From contig OZ037769.1 of assembly GCA_964035545.1 (NCBI GenBank), positions 4,135,929 to 4,199,928 of the forward strand: a stretch of 64,000 nt of DNA, given 5' to 3'. How positions within the stretch are numbered: position 1 is the stretch's first letter; each line of letters begins with the position of its first letter. The stretch comes from Bugula neritina. Its lineage: Eukaryota; Animalia; Bryozoa. Below the pieces are notes generated by a model. It worked only from the letters and a program-made list of their open reading frames with translations, was not told the origin of the DNA and made no database searches. This document shows, piece after piece, positions 1-13,732 of this stretch. The position numbers and the translations under genes were made by a program.

Positions 1-2160
1 AAAATTATTTTCACTTTTCTTTGACAGCTGATAAGGAAGTGCATACGTAGCATTGTTTGACTTTGATATATGATGCCACACAAATCTAATGCATAAGGCT
101 TGACTAAATCAAAATATGTAAAACTATGCGACTAATGCCAATGTTTGTTTTGTGCTAAAAACCGATTAATTTAAAGCATTTGTTGGCAATATAGCTGCTA
201 AGCTGCAAAAATTAGTAGTAGAAAAAGCTATGCTGTTAAAATAAAAGCTGTTTCCATTAATAATTAGTAAATATGTAGAATGCCTATTATAGATTTAAAG
301 GACTTACATAAATAACAGCTATACATGTGTATTAGATTATGTATGACACATGTTCTAAATAACAATATGTATTTAGCTTACATTTGGTGCACTTTGGAAG
401 TGTGACTACTAAAAACAACATTAGGATTTATAGATTTGTATGAATAAAGCATGGGGCAAGGATATTGAGTTGTAGCATATAGACTTAGAGTTTTAACTAT
501 GACAATAAATTAATTTATAATATAACTGAAAAGTTGAAATTTTCATCTGCAGTTATACTGATGTACTTAAATTTCAAAACTTATTTTCTCTCTAAGTGAT
601 TATTTACACTGCATGAAAGTGGTATTTAACGATTGCTATAACCTAGATATACAAAAAAATTAGTGGTATTTCTAAATAGATGGTGTACCGTAGGTTCAAA
701 TTTTACGTCTTGTTGAAGTTCTTTCTTAGAAAGTTATAAAATTGACCTGTGCTTGCCTTTAATAAAAACTGTTGATTGCTATCTTTGAAAGAAAAAAAAA
801 TGCAAAAGACAGTTTATGAAATAAGTTGAATATTAGTATAGTTTAGTGAAATATTGTCTGTTTGAGCTTCAAATCAAAGAGTGATAATATTAGAGCAAGA
901 GAAAAACCTACTTAAAAAGATCACAGTTTTGCCTTTTATCATAGAGCTTAAATAAGTTTGAAATTTGAATTAACACTTGAAATTCAACCAGTTTTATTTG
1001 GCACAAAATTACGTTATGCCATAAATATAGTTCCCATTTCTCAAAAATATTACTATCATAAATCACTTCACACCATAAAGGTTTTTGCTATCAAAGCCAT
1101 GTCTAGCTAATGTATATATAATGGCTAAAAATAGTTTATCTTTATTTGATAGAAATGGAAGTCTAGTGCTTTCAAATGTCTGGTTAGGGTAATAAAGACC
1201 TTGAAGCTTAAACAGGAAGCAGAAATATCTATTTATAGCCTATTTAATTTTTAGGTTGCTTTATACATTTATTACGTACATAAATATAAAATATTATAAC
1301 TTCTGTTTATTCACCCTTTAATCAACCTAGAAAATTGGTAATAAAAATGCTGCAAAAAATTAGTCATTTAATAAAATTCCTTATACTATACTCAAAAAAA
1401 CTTATATTATATATATAGAAGCATTCAAGTGTTAAGAAAGTTATTGTAAATAATAATATTAGTATTGCCTTTAATAAGCTACATTAATGCTACATTAACA
1501 AATAAATGCAGTTTTAAGTATTCATATCAATCTATTTGTTCATGTGCCTCAGGAATGTTCCCTCAACTATACTAATTTGATTTGTGGGATATTCGTGCAT
1601 ACCATACGGCTAATGAGTCAGCAGAAACTTTGCTGTTGAATTAATATGCACCACGTTTGATACATCAAATAGAAATGTGGAAGGCTATTAATCACGATGG
1701 AAGCATAACCTCAGCTATTTATAAATTTTTTATTATAGCAATGCCACCTAAGAATATATCTAGTAATGCTATTGGCTAATACACTTTACTAGATATTAAA
1801 TATAAGCACTGTAGCTTCGACCTCGCTACCATTTTAAGTATAGAAGTGTTAAATATAGCTCAATAAAACCATAGTCTACTTGAAAATGTGTAAGTTATTA
1901 TTTTAATTTATGAAAAGCATCTTCTGACTTTTGACCAGCATTCAGTAAAATATATGATCTCTGAAAGGTCAATAATTGAACTATATAGCTACAATATTTA
2001 TTCTCAAGTATATATGAATACTTTGGTCTTTAATTTAACTATAATAATAGGTTTTACTGAGTCAAGTTTAGCTTATTTTGAAAACTATTTTAAGATAAGA
2101 ATAATATATACAATTGACTTTTTAATGTTTGGTATCTATAATTATAGCCAATATATAACC
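1..2160. repeat. Inverted segmental duplication, partner about 16850-19200
   Basis: For example, 1741-1920 is a near-identical reverse complement of 17093-17275. Confidence 0.9.
1771..1808 (+). promoter_or_regulatory. Core promoter of paralog 1 (inverted CCAAT + TATA-like)
   Basis: ATTGGCTAATAC at 1771 and AATATAAG about 29 bp downstream; same arrangement upstream of all paralogs. Confidence 0.55.
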
Positions 2161-4815
2161 GCCCATTAGCATATTTCTTTTGTGTGAACACATGCAGAAA
2201 GCAACAACTATGCTATAGTAGCACTGTCGGTTAAAACATTTGTTGATAATAAGCTTTTCATATAGTTTTTTGACTATCAACTATTATAGATGTATATAGT
2301 GACATGAATATATTTTAAATTTCTTATCACTTCTAACCACAATTCCTTTAATCATCTTTGCTCTACTTCACACAAGACTTCAGATATTAATTTCTTTCCC
2401 TTTATTTCTAGTGTCCGAGAAAAGCATCATATGTATATGGGTGCTGGCTACTACACTATTAATTGGTAAGTTTGTAAATAGTGACTTCAAAATAATATGC
2501 ATGATAAATATTATAATGCTTTACCTCCCAACCATCAACTGTCCTAACACCATACCATCTATAGCAATTGTGAAATAAGTAAAGATCAAAGTATGAAATA
2601 CAAGCATGCACTCATCTTCAATAAAGGGGCAATTGATAGTTGAAATGGCTTCTGATCTTATTTTATTTTTAGAAATTTTGGTAAAACTCTTTGAAAGTAA
2701 TAACATGTTGATGTGTTTTAGCATCATTATATTAAATTGACTTAATAAAATAAATTTTTAGTCACGGTTTAAGAGGTCATTATACGAATAGTCTTACAAG
2801 AAGAATATATTAACGCATTTACTGATTATTCTATACATCAGATAGGATGACGGATATACACTGGAATTCATCATTGTATTTTAGGGGCTCACTGTACTCT
2901 CCAGTACAACAGTCATAGCTACAACCCACGATCATACGTACACCAGCCAGGTAAACTCTGCAAAATTACTTCGAAAATAAAACAGAAATGTTAATTTTTT
3001 AAGTTACTATTTTGGTTATGTCAAGTAAAATTTTATCAAAACTTTTTTTTATTGCAAAAAAATCTGAATTTATAAAATTTTAACATTTTGAAAATAAAAG
3101 AATAAACACATTTATGATTTACATGTATATATTGAACCAGATCAACATTAAATATGAATAAAGGTTTTTTTGAAAAATAAACAAGAAAAGTAAAACTTTA
3201 TTATTCAAGTTTTTATTTTTATAGTTACATTAATATTTTAGTTTGCGAAGAAGAGTTTACCAAAGTTTTCTGCAGGTATAAGCAGCTGGTTAATCAGAGG
3301 ACACATGCTAGCTGCTTGAGGTGAGTGAAATCATCTCTGTTATTGTATTCTAAAAGGTTCATTAATAAATCTTCTTCATTCTTAAATAATAAAGTGAAAT
3401 AAATAATTAAATTCAACAAATTTTGTTAACAGCTAGTCAGAATAACTAATCTAAAGTGTTCTAGTGTGGTTAATATATGCTAAGATTCTTGCAAGAAATA
3501 GAACTTAAAAGCTTTTAATTTTTAGTTATTTATGCTAAAGCAAATGAAGTATGTTAAATTAATAAAGTATTTAGCATGTAACATTGCAAATATAATAATA
3601 ATATAATAGGAAAAATTTCTATTGACGTTGTAGTGCTAGAGACTTAGTAGCTGATACAGTAGCCAACTGTGTAGTGAAAGACCCTGTCAAGAGAGTGTCT
3701 CAAGGAATTCAAGTTGTTTCACTGTTTAAAAGAAACTGCGAAAGATTCTACATTGACTTTCCAGCAGAAGGTATGATTATCTATATATTATAGTATCTAT
3801 ATTAAAATATTTATATAAAGAGTTTCATCAATTGCCTTTGCTATGTGCACACACACACACACACACGCACGCACACAAACGCACACAAACGCACACAAAC
3901 GCACACAAACGCGCACAAACGCGCACACACATACCCTTATTTGCAATAAGTCAGCTGAATGTTACAAAAATGAAACATTTAAGCAAATTTATTAAAGCAA
4001 GATGTTTATAATTATTTAAAATTACAACTGACATTATGTTACGTAATCTTTTACAAAGACTGCATTGCTCAAAAGAATCCCACACTATATCTATATGTAA
4101 AAAAAGCTTGGTGATTTTCATTAAATAATTCAACTATACATAGAGTATATAGTTTGGAACTTTTTTTAATCCTTCCATGGTGTATCAAATCTTTATTATA
4201 TAAGCTTATTCCTGACTTTCAGGTTGCGGAAGAATGCTACCATGCTTACAAACTCTATTTGAGAGTGACGGTAAAACTGTCAACTGGTAAGTTATCACAA
4301 CTCCTAATCACACTAGCTCTCACTAAAGTTGTCAATCTGCCAACTTTTTGCTTTCTAAGTCCTTAGAGCACGATGCAAAAGAAAACTGATAAGAAAATTA
4401 ACAGTAAACAAATTTAGATTAACTAACTCTAATTGAATTGATTTTATAGTTCACTCATAACTTGTATCAACTAAAGCTTTGTATGATCAAATTAATGTAG
4501 TTTCTAAAATGTTATAGAGCTAGAGGTTATTACGATTGCAATCATGAGTAAATAATTTATTATAACAAATGCTGTTATATGTCATAATATGTATATTAAT
4601 ATATTTTGTCGTAAAGATAATATCGATAAGTTAGAAACAGTTCATGCGTGTGATATATTGTGTTTAACAGCAGTAAGAGAGATGAAGTCAACAGGTGTTA
4701 TGAAAATGGAAAGAGATGCAACGTAATCAGCAAGATACAGGATTTAGTTATCAATAGATTTGTACCCCAGATTTGCCCAACTGTAAGACCAGCTTTACCT
4801 ACCAACTGCTACTAA
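1886..4815 (+). CDS. Secreted 12-Cys protein, paralog 1 (182 aa, 7 coding exons)
   Basis: Exons 1886-1889, 2412-2465, 2885-2950, 3242-3320, 3634-3770, 4223-4286, 4671-4815, all GT-AG, 549 nt. Spliced: [182 protein letters not shown]. Exon phases and core exon sizes are conserved in six other copies. AATAAA at 5126. Confidence 0.9.
3847..3932. repeat. (CA)n / (GCACACAAAC)n microsatellite
   Basis: Direct reading; intron 5 of paralog 1. Confidence 0.95.
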
Positions 4816-6469
4816 AGTGCTGACTTTCAGAGCATTGATTTTGAAAACAACATACGTTAATTTGATAAGCCAAAATATACTGAAGCATATCCGATATTCC
4901 AAAGCATCGAATAGCATCCGTGATTACATATTTAGAATGTATTTTTTCTATATTTGCTTTTTATGCTTTGCTAATCATACAAACATACAAACTCATAGAT
5001 CATATTGTTTTAACACAGTATTGAACAGTTATCACATTTATATGGCTATGTTGTGCTATGATGAGCTGCTAGAGCTCAGTGTAAAAAGTAAGTAGTAAAG
5101 TTATATAACAATGAATGTAGTTGAAAATAAAGCATTGCAATGTCTAGAATCTGCTCTCTAAAGTAGTTTGCACTCCATTTATTAGAAAAACTTTGATTAT
5201 AATTAGATGCAAATCAAAAATTAGAAAGGATGCTTTAAATTAATTATGATTTGCTTTAGGAATTTAAATGTTATTCTTGTAATAATTTGGAAAAATATGG
5301 TTAAAATTGTGCATTGAAATAACTCGCATAGTCAAGGCTATAGTAAAACACAGAGTGAGCTATATAAAATATATATTACCTAAGTGTGAAAGGTATGACC
5401 TATAAATACCATTGATTTTTGGGCAAAGAGCTTTGAAAATAAAGCTAAAACTCTGCAATTGTAGGTTTTATGTTATTATGGTAGGTATATAATCACCAAT
5501 GTTTTCTATTTACAACGCTGCTTATGGTATTATATTGGAGACAGAGTTGAAATGAAAGCTAGCTCTACTCTTGATAGTGTGACAATAAACTTTGACATGC
5601 AATAAACTTTTGCGCATACGCTATCTTATGCTCATGATTGATTTAGCAGTTAAAGAAATGGCAAACAGAAAGATCTTGATTTTATTTTAGCATGTAAGGT
5701 ATAAAATTATTCACCTGATTTAGACTGCAATTGGAAGGTTTTAGTTTATAACTTATACTTCTAGAAAATTTTGGAGAAAATGAGTGACAAATATCTATTG
5801 CGCCCGGTAGACCTCACTGCAATAAGGTTTTAGGAAAATTTATGTTAAATAATTAAATATTGGCTTTAAGAGTTTCTTGCAATCTGCATGATTTCATGAT
5901 CTTCTTACCTCTGAGAATATAAAAGAATAAAAACACTAGATAATAATATCTCGTTATATTTGCAACAGTTCTTAACTCATTCAGCTTTTGCTTCTTATTG
6001 CAGTAAGAATTCAACTATGTGATATTGTTCCATAAATATAAACCCAGTACTATATATGCTTCATTGTACTGCTCATAATCACATACAGTATAATTCAAGT
6101 AGTAGACTAATTGACAGTTTGAGAATGAATGCACAAAAAGTGGCCAACTTTACATACTATAAGATTAAATATTGGAGGCGGCAAAACTTGACATGTGTCA
6201 TTCTAAGCAGTTTAATTAAATTTGCAACTTATTATTATAATCAAATGAGGAGAAGAAAATATGCGGTGCGGTACTTTAATTGACAGCAGACAAAGAAGTA
6301 AATTGGCTGTTACTTCTCTCTAATTTATGATATGAAATGCCTATTAATTATTATGATACACAATTTAGTGTGAGTATGAAAGGGTAAAAAGCAAATTCAG
6401 TACAGCTAAAAGATATCAGCAGCTATAAAAAATTATGCATATAAATATGCATATATACAAATAAAAAAG

Positions 6470-6682
<213 letters not shown>

Positions 6683-6684
6683 AA

Positions 6685-6731
6685 TCTGTGGACAGCAGCT
6701 GTTTCGGGATTTGTCCCCTGATCAGCACAGA
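6685..6731 (-). ncRNA. Type I hammerhead ribozyme, copy 1 (core variant CUGAUCA)
   Basis: Minus strand: UCUGUG CUGAUCA GGGG-ACAAA-UCCC GAAA CAG-CUG-CUG UC^ CACAGA. Stems I, II, III pair and the GUC cleavage triplet is present; G8>C substitution in the core. Confidence 0.8.
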
Positions 6732-6955
6732 ACAGAGTAGCATGGCCCACACCTTCGCAATAGTGGAAACTTATAGTTTTACTAAAGCATATTTAAAAGT
6801 GTGTAAACCCAAGCCAGAGTGCTCAAGTGACTCTAGGGGTCACCTAGGAGTCACGAGCATTGCTAAATGCTAGCAGCTTGAGTTTGTTACCATGGTGAGA
6901 GTGCTCAATCATTTAATGTCATTGCTAAACATTAAATGAGAGCGTAATATCTCAA

Positions 6956-7002
6956 TCTGTGGACAGCAGCTGTGTCGGAATTTGTCCCCTCATCACCACA
7001 GA
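6956..7002 (-). ncRNA. Type I hammerhead ribozyme, copy 2 (degenerate core)
   Basis: Minus strand: UCUGUG GUGAUGA GGGG-ACAAA-UUCC GACA CAGCUGCUG UC^ CACAGA; C3>G and GAAA>GACA. Confidence 0.7.
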
Positions 7003-7216
7003 ACAGAGTACCCTGGCCCACACCTTCGCAATAGTAGAAACTTATAGTTTTACAAAAACATATTTAAAAGGTCTGTAAACCCAAGCCAGAGTGCTCAGGT
7101 GACTCTAGGGGTCACCTAGGAGTCACAAGCATTGCTAAATGCTAGCAGCTTGAGTTTGTGACCATGGTGAGAGTGCTCAATCATTTATTGTCATTGCTGA
7201 GCATTAAATGAGAGCG

Positions 7217-7306
<90 letters not shown>

Positions 7307-8073
7307 GTATGATAAAATTTATTTATTTATATATCTTTTTGAAAAGTTTGAGTTTATAATTAACATGGGATTATTTTGTATAAGCACTGGGTGGGCAGAC
7401 AACTCAAATAAAAGCTCCGACAAAGCATATATTATTGTGTAAACTGTCAAGTAAAGCATCATTACTGTACAATAGGGGTTATCTTCCCTGAAGCTACAAT
7501 TTAAATATATTTTGCCTAACTTATTTTAAGTTCTGAAGAGATGCATATTACTTCATTACTTGCACAAAGCTATTGCTGTAAGCTGCTGCCAACAGCAATA
7601 GCAAAAGCTACAAAATGATATAAAACAGGGTGGCTGTTCCTAAAACACACTCTGGTAAATTCTTAAGTAACAAAAAAACATAGTTTTTTTATACCGTGCT
7701 GTGAATCATAAATTTTTAACTTCTCCTACGAGACAATTGACATTTTAAAAAACTGAAGAAAATTATATGCTCATCCAAGTCAACATGCATTAAAGTAAAT
7801 ATATAAATATGACCATATTTTTTGTAAATATTGGCATCTATTATTCAACACACACACACACTCACTGAGTTTTGCACAATGGGCTGAATTTTAAATATTT
7901 GCTCTCATTCCTCTGTTTTTCAAGTTACTAGATTGATAAGATCTATAGTCTAAAGGCTATACCAGTTGTCTATTATAATTATGTAGGTATCAGTTTGTTG
8001 TTTCTATCTCTTTCACAACCTTCGGAATAACGAAACTTTCATGACGAAAAAACTGACCCATCATGCCCAAGTA

Positions 8074-9176
8074 GCGGGTTACAATGGGCCACTGCATGAG
8101 TGAGACACAACAAATATACTGAAACTTTGCTGATTTGGTTGCATCTGATCTCTATTTACCTAATATGTGCAAGCAAATACAAATATTCTTTCAGATCTAC
8201 AGAAAAAGTCATGTTTTAGCTGGACAGTTTGTGCCACCACAGATAGCAGGGGGAGGCAAAATCAAACGCACATCACCCATTTCCACGGTGCCATTATCAT
8301 TACTGTTTAAAACTAAATTTTTTTTTCTATTCCAACTCTACAGGAACTTTCATCAGAGAAAACTTTAGTAACATGTGCTGAAAAATTCTGGGTGGACTTT
8401 TTTCTGTGAACTGTAGCTAAGGTGGCTGAGGTTTGTGGCTGGCGTGCGGAAAGGGGGGAAGGAACATCAGCAAATCACAATTTATATAAGTGAAATACAT
8501 GTATATTTTCTCAATAATATAATATATAATGAATATCATGACTATCTATTAGTAGAAACAGCAGAGTGTTTTGTATGATGTATAAAATGACAAAGCTATA
8601 ACCTCACCAAACGTATATACAAGTCTATTAGGAGAGCTTCAACTTGTAGTTTGGTAGTCTTACCATGATGTCTTTGAATTTTAGGCAAGAAGGTAAGAAA
8701 TGGCTATATCTATAGATTTTTGTAACATTTCAACTAATTTTTTTTGGCAAACAAATAACAACAGTGATCAAGGTGTAATGATCAGGTGGCCCATTGTGCC
8801 TCTTGTGACCAAGTTCGAAATAAATGTGGTTCAAGGAAAATTTATTTTAGATTTTGCTATTATACTAGTTAAGCAATGTATAGACAAGCAATGGCAACAA
8901 TATCAGTAAAATCTAGGCTTGTTACCTTTTAGTGTAAAAAGTTGTAAAGCTTTAATGACATCTTAAAAAATTTACAAAAGATAGATAAAAACAATTTTTG
9001 ACTAGCCTTTTCATCATGTATGCTTCGCAAGTGTTCAAACTACAATGGCTGAATAATTATGTCACATATAGTTTTTTATTAAAAAAAATCACAACTTTAG
9101 GTCAATAAGTTCTCTCACAATTTGACCGACTTTTTGTCCCCTAATAACCGTTGTGCCCCCCCCCCCTTGTTACCCC
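8074..9176. mobile_element. Probable non-autonomous DNA transposon (TA TSD)
   Basis: About 1.1 kb absent from the paralogous segment near 21970; ends TA|gcgggttacaatggg ... cccttgttacccc|TA; internal inverted copy ggtggcccattgtgcc near 8785. Confidence 0.45.
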
Positions 9177-10285
9177 TACAGCCCATGCCTTAAATAAAAT
9201 GAAAAGATATGCCTCTGGGTGAAGGGTGAAGAGGTGATATTAATCCCACATCCCCCATGGCAGTAAGAATTTCTGCCGCAGATGTATAAAAGAATTCTGT
9301 TTTGCCGTTAAAATATTTTTCCTTGGCCTTAGTTGAAACATCTTGTTTTGAACCTATAGCTAAAATATCTGTCCTTGGGCTGAACTGTAAAAGATTGGTT
9401 CTTGGAGCTCAATTAATATCTTTACACAAAAGCACTAAGTTGATTCAATAAATGAAGCATGTTCTCTGAGACCAAACAAAAAGACTATCCTGGTAAATGC
9501 TGGAGTTAGAACAATTAAGACATTAGTAATTATTGATTTCTAAATAGCATTATATAGAAGTACCTACTTATTCAAGGGTTTTTATTGTTTTTAAGTTAAG
9601 AAATAAAAGTTTCTTCAACATCAGCAGACATTTTAAAACCAGAGTTGACAGATTGGAATAACTGATTCGGAATAAAAAAGACTTTACATCATGCAGTGGC
9701 TGGTATTGGTTCAAAAATAAGGAACCGTTGATGAGTGTTTTTTGCTAAGCATTTTATGAAGCTTATAGTACCAGTTGGTGAATTTGGTAAACAATTAATT
9801 ATGCCACATTTCTGCATAACTAAATTATGATGTACCCGCATGCTTCCAGTTGAATATATAAATGCAATCACTGGCTTCAAAAAGTATAAGCTAGTGAATG
9901 ATTTCTATTTGTAGTTTTCAATTTGCTATGTCATTCTAGTAAAATATGCTTTTGTATACTGAACCAATACACACTTGCTTATTAAAAGATGGTTATAGAT
10001 TCACAGCATACACTATAAAATTTGTAATTTATTATAGTTTGAATATTTAAATAATTCAGCACAACATTTATTGACATGTTTTACAATATTTATAGAAAAG
10101 GAGAGAGAACGTAAGAGAGCAAGATGAGCCTGGATATGTCGCTGTTGCACGTTAAAATCTCAATATGTTTCATTCAACATTCATAGCAAATTGATCTCTT
10201 TTAATAACATGGTCCTTATACTATGAATTAAAACCAGTTGAATTGAATTTACTAAAAAAGCATAATATGCTCTATTGTTTGATAG
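9177..10285. repeat. Inverted segmental duplication, partner about 20830-21970
   Basis: Long near-identical reverse-complement match; gives rise to twin spurious ORFs 9689..9880 and 21171..21365. Confidence 0.9.
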
Positions 10286-13200
10286 ACTTGCCGGCTATGT
10301 ATATTCCACAATTTAAAGTAAGATTCTGCTATGAGTTATGTGTTTTTCTCATGTCATACCATATAAGCTATTTGATTTTAAACCAAAATAATTATTAGCT
10401 TTTAGAAAAGATACTTCAAGTATTCCTACTGTATTCAGAAAAATATCATATTGGTTAATTTGGTTAAATAGTATTATTGAGCAAGTTTGGTTCTATTTTG
10501 TGTTAAAATTCTAATGGAGAAAATGCTGACCAGCATTCTTTTTAGTTAGGAACACGGTGTAAGATTATGGGCCTGCTGTAATTGGAGTTCTAGCTGACAT
10601 TATGGCAATTGCGCAGATGAACAGCTTTGTGAAAGCTGTAAACTAAATGCACATGTGTGTGTGAACACTCAGGACATCTGATTTTAGTGTTATAAATCTG
10701 GGGAATTGAGTTGATGTAAAAATTCCCCCTGCTGCTGGGTAGTAGTGCAGTGTGAGCAATGGAAAGGAGGAGTTAACAAGATATAATTTATCTATGGCAC
10801 TACTGTGCATGAATGCTCTTTAGGCATGGATTTAAACGGTACATTATTCATGCAGTTTTTCCTAATTTTTTATTTGAATTTAAAATATTTAAAAAAATTG
10901 TGATCACTTTTAAAGCTATGAAAGAAAACTCATATTTAAAGCTGAAAACTAAAAACTTGCAAATACACACTTATTGCTATACCCCTCCATGCATTTATAC
11001 TTAAACCCCTTTATCTAAATTTGCTAAAAGCAATTGCAAATTAGGTTTCATTATGAACAAGGTATTTTTTAGTTGCACTCATGCATTTGCTCTTGCTATG
11101 GAAATAAAAAAAACTATATTAATTGATAGATAAATACATACATAAAATATGTTATTAATTTGTTACAGAATTATTATTTGGTGAATCATATGATTGCCTA
11201 GTGCATACAGTCAATAAGCTGTTAGTATAATATTCTGCCATTATTATATACTATCATGATTATACTTTTACCTACGTGTATTGAAAATTGTATGTTAAAA
11301 AAATTGCTGTAAATGCAATGTGCTTTTTTATATTTACTTTGCTTATTCACGCCTTTAATTTATTGAATCGTCAAAAAGTTAGTATCTCAAAGTTATCAAA
11401 TTATATAATAATGAGTCAAATTATTGATGAATTATCAATAGATATTAATTTTGCTTCATACATTCGTTTTTTTTAAAATGATACCAAAAATGCATACGAT
11501 ATAAGGGTGTAATGGTATAATCTATAGCCTACAGCTATATAGACTATAATACAACAAAAGTGTAGATTATCAAACATTTAGCTAAGCATTTTATCTATTT
11601 ATGACTCCAGGTATGCAAAAAATGCTAGCAAACATATTTTGACCAACCATATTTTCAAATCTTTACAAAACAAATAATGTTTTTATTTATTCATCAAATT
11701 ACAATATCACCATAATTGTGAACCTTCTTGTTTTTGTGAGGTTTAAATCCGTGCTTTCTTAGCAAATTATTGTAAACTAAACTATAATATCCACCACATT
11801 ATATATCTAAAACTATCATATAAATATACAACTAAAATAATGTCACTACTATATATCTTAAAACAGTGCATTTATAAGCAGATTTTTCACATGACAATAT
11901 GTCTTTATTTCTATTATACAAGCATAATATTATTTTGATGACTGCAATTTCTTTTGAATCTGTTGCATAATCAACTATTTTAACCATTATTTGTGCATTA
12001 TATAACAACAACTACGCATGCTAATGTGCTGAATGGTAAAAATGAAGTTGTCTCTATTAGGTTTGATAATTGATTATGACTGAATGATAAAATGTTGAAA
12101 GATAACAACATGACAACCAGCAACTATACTTTGACGAGTGGTTAGATGATTTTGCAAAAAATTATATAGCATGCTACTTAAAATGGCGCTGGGCATAGCC
12201 GTGAATGGTATTGGAGCCAAATTCAGGAAGCACTGATTTTCAGCTACTTAAATATAGCTCTTTAATCTAATTGTCATATGTCTGCTTATAACTTCCCTAA
12301 TTCTAATTTATTACCATTTCTCTTCCTGAAATTGCTGGCAGAATTACAATAGGTTCTTCTCGTATAGAGTTTCCTTTTATGCATATGTTACAGTAATCTA
12401 GTATTAAAATAACATAATAAAAAAAGTGATTGATGATTTATTGAATTTGATAACAAAATTAGATTATTATATGTATGGATTTCATTTAAATGCATACAAG
12501 ATGTAAGTCTATAATTTTGTTTGAGAGCTGTTGTAATCTGACATAACATACTAGTTACATAATTTTTGTATACAAAACTGTATAAGGTTAATCAATTCAC
12601 TTATTAACTTGCACATGGCATAAATTTTGCTTCCAAGTATGACTGAAATAAAGCTTTTGTAATAAATAAATTGCTGAGAAAGTAAATTATTTAGAAAATG
12701 CTCTGCTTATGTTTTTTCTTCATAACCTTCAAAATTTTAAAAAAAACGCCCATCACACAAATACTAGACTCCTGAGTTAATTTTAAAAAAAATCATACTT
12801 TTGTTAATTATTTTCAAATAATCCTCTAAGCCATAATCTAAAAGTGAGTCAGTTGTATTTTGCACAATAATTGTTTCATCAATTCTTTTGTTCATGAAAC
12901 CACATTTATATAATACACTATCACAGTTATAAAGAAGCTTATGGGTTAATGCTGCAAAAAATGCTGAACTTTTCCTTATAACCTGTTATAAATGTTAATC
13001 CCATGTCAAAATAGTAAACCTTAATCTCAATAATTTAAGTTGAATAAAAGATATTATATTTATAATCTAAAAATATTGTTAAATAAGTCTGCCTATCTGG
13101 TAATCAAATGTCACTTTCAGACTCTTACAATGCAACCGGCACATTAATTCTTCTGTGACTTTGGGGACTATAAGAGATGTTTCCGTGCAGATTTTACTAT

Positions 13201-13732
13201 TACACTTGCAAATACCTATATAACTATATACTCCTTTATATCTTGAAGTTTTATTTTCTTTTATTTTAATATAATTTCAAATTACTATACATGTCAAGTC
13301 TGTTAGATATTTCCATGTCTGTATTTAGTTTGCATACTTTTAGAAAATGAAGTGAGAGAAAGTAAAGCTAGGTTTGGTTGCAATGTTTTATTTTGAACTA
13401 CATTTATTGTTACATAACTTGACTACTTGCTTTAACTCTGAATTATAGCAGCTGAACTTAGCACAACATAAACGTGATGCTCGTTTTAATGTTGAATTGA
13501 AACATAATACAATGCATGTATTTGCAATAAATGTCATTGGGTATAAAACAAGAATGCAGTTTATAGACAGCAAATAAATCATATAGCATCAACATATATT
13601 TAGGTAATTATGTTACTTCAAATTTTAAAAATATAATGTGCTGCTTAATATTCATCAGTTTATTAAGTTAAAACAGAATATAATTTGTCAGAAACATAGT
13701 AAAATTGAAACGGAATATCAAAAGTTGGCACT

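Noticed and set aside
4154-4366. 70-aa ORF with a homolog at 35515..35757
   Set aside because: Wrong-frame read-through of exon 6 plus intron; similarity reflects recent duplication
4817-5095. 92-aa ORF with homologs at 28687 and 34818
   Set aside because: 3' UTR of the paralogs; indels break the frame between copies
9689-9880. Twin ORFs 9689..9880 and 21171..21365
   Set aside because: Product of the inverted duplication; no independent coding signal, and probably antisense to a decayed lectin exon
10545-10790. GC-richer island with short frame DYGPAVIGVLADIMAIAQMNSFVKAVN
   Set aside because: No convincing splice sites, homolog or motif
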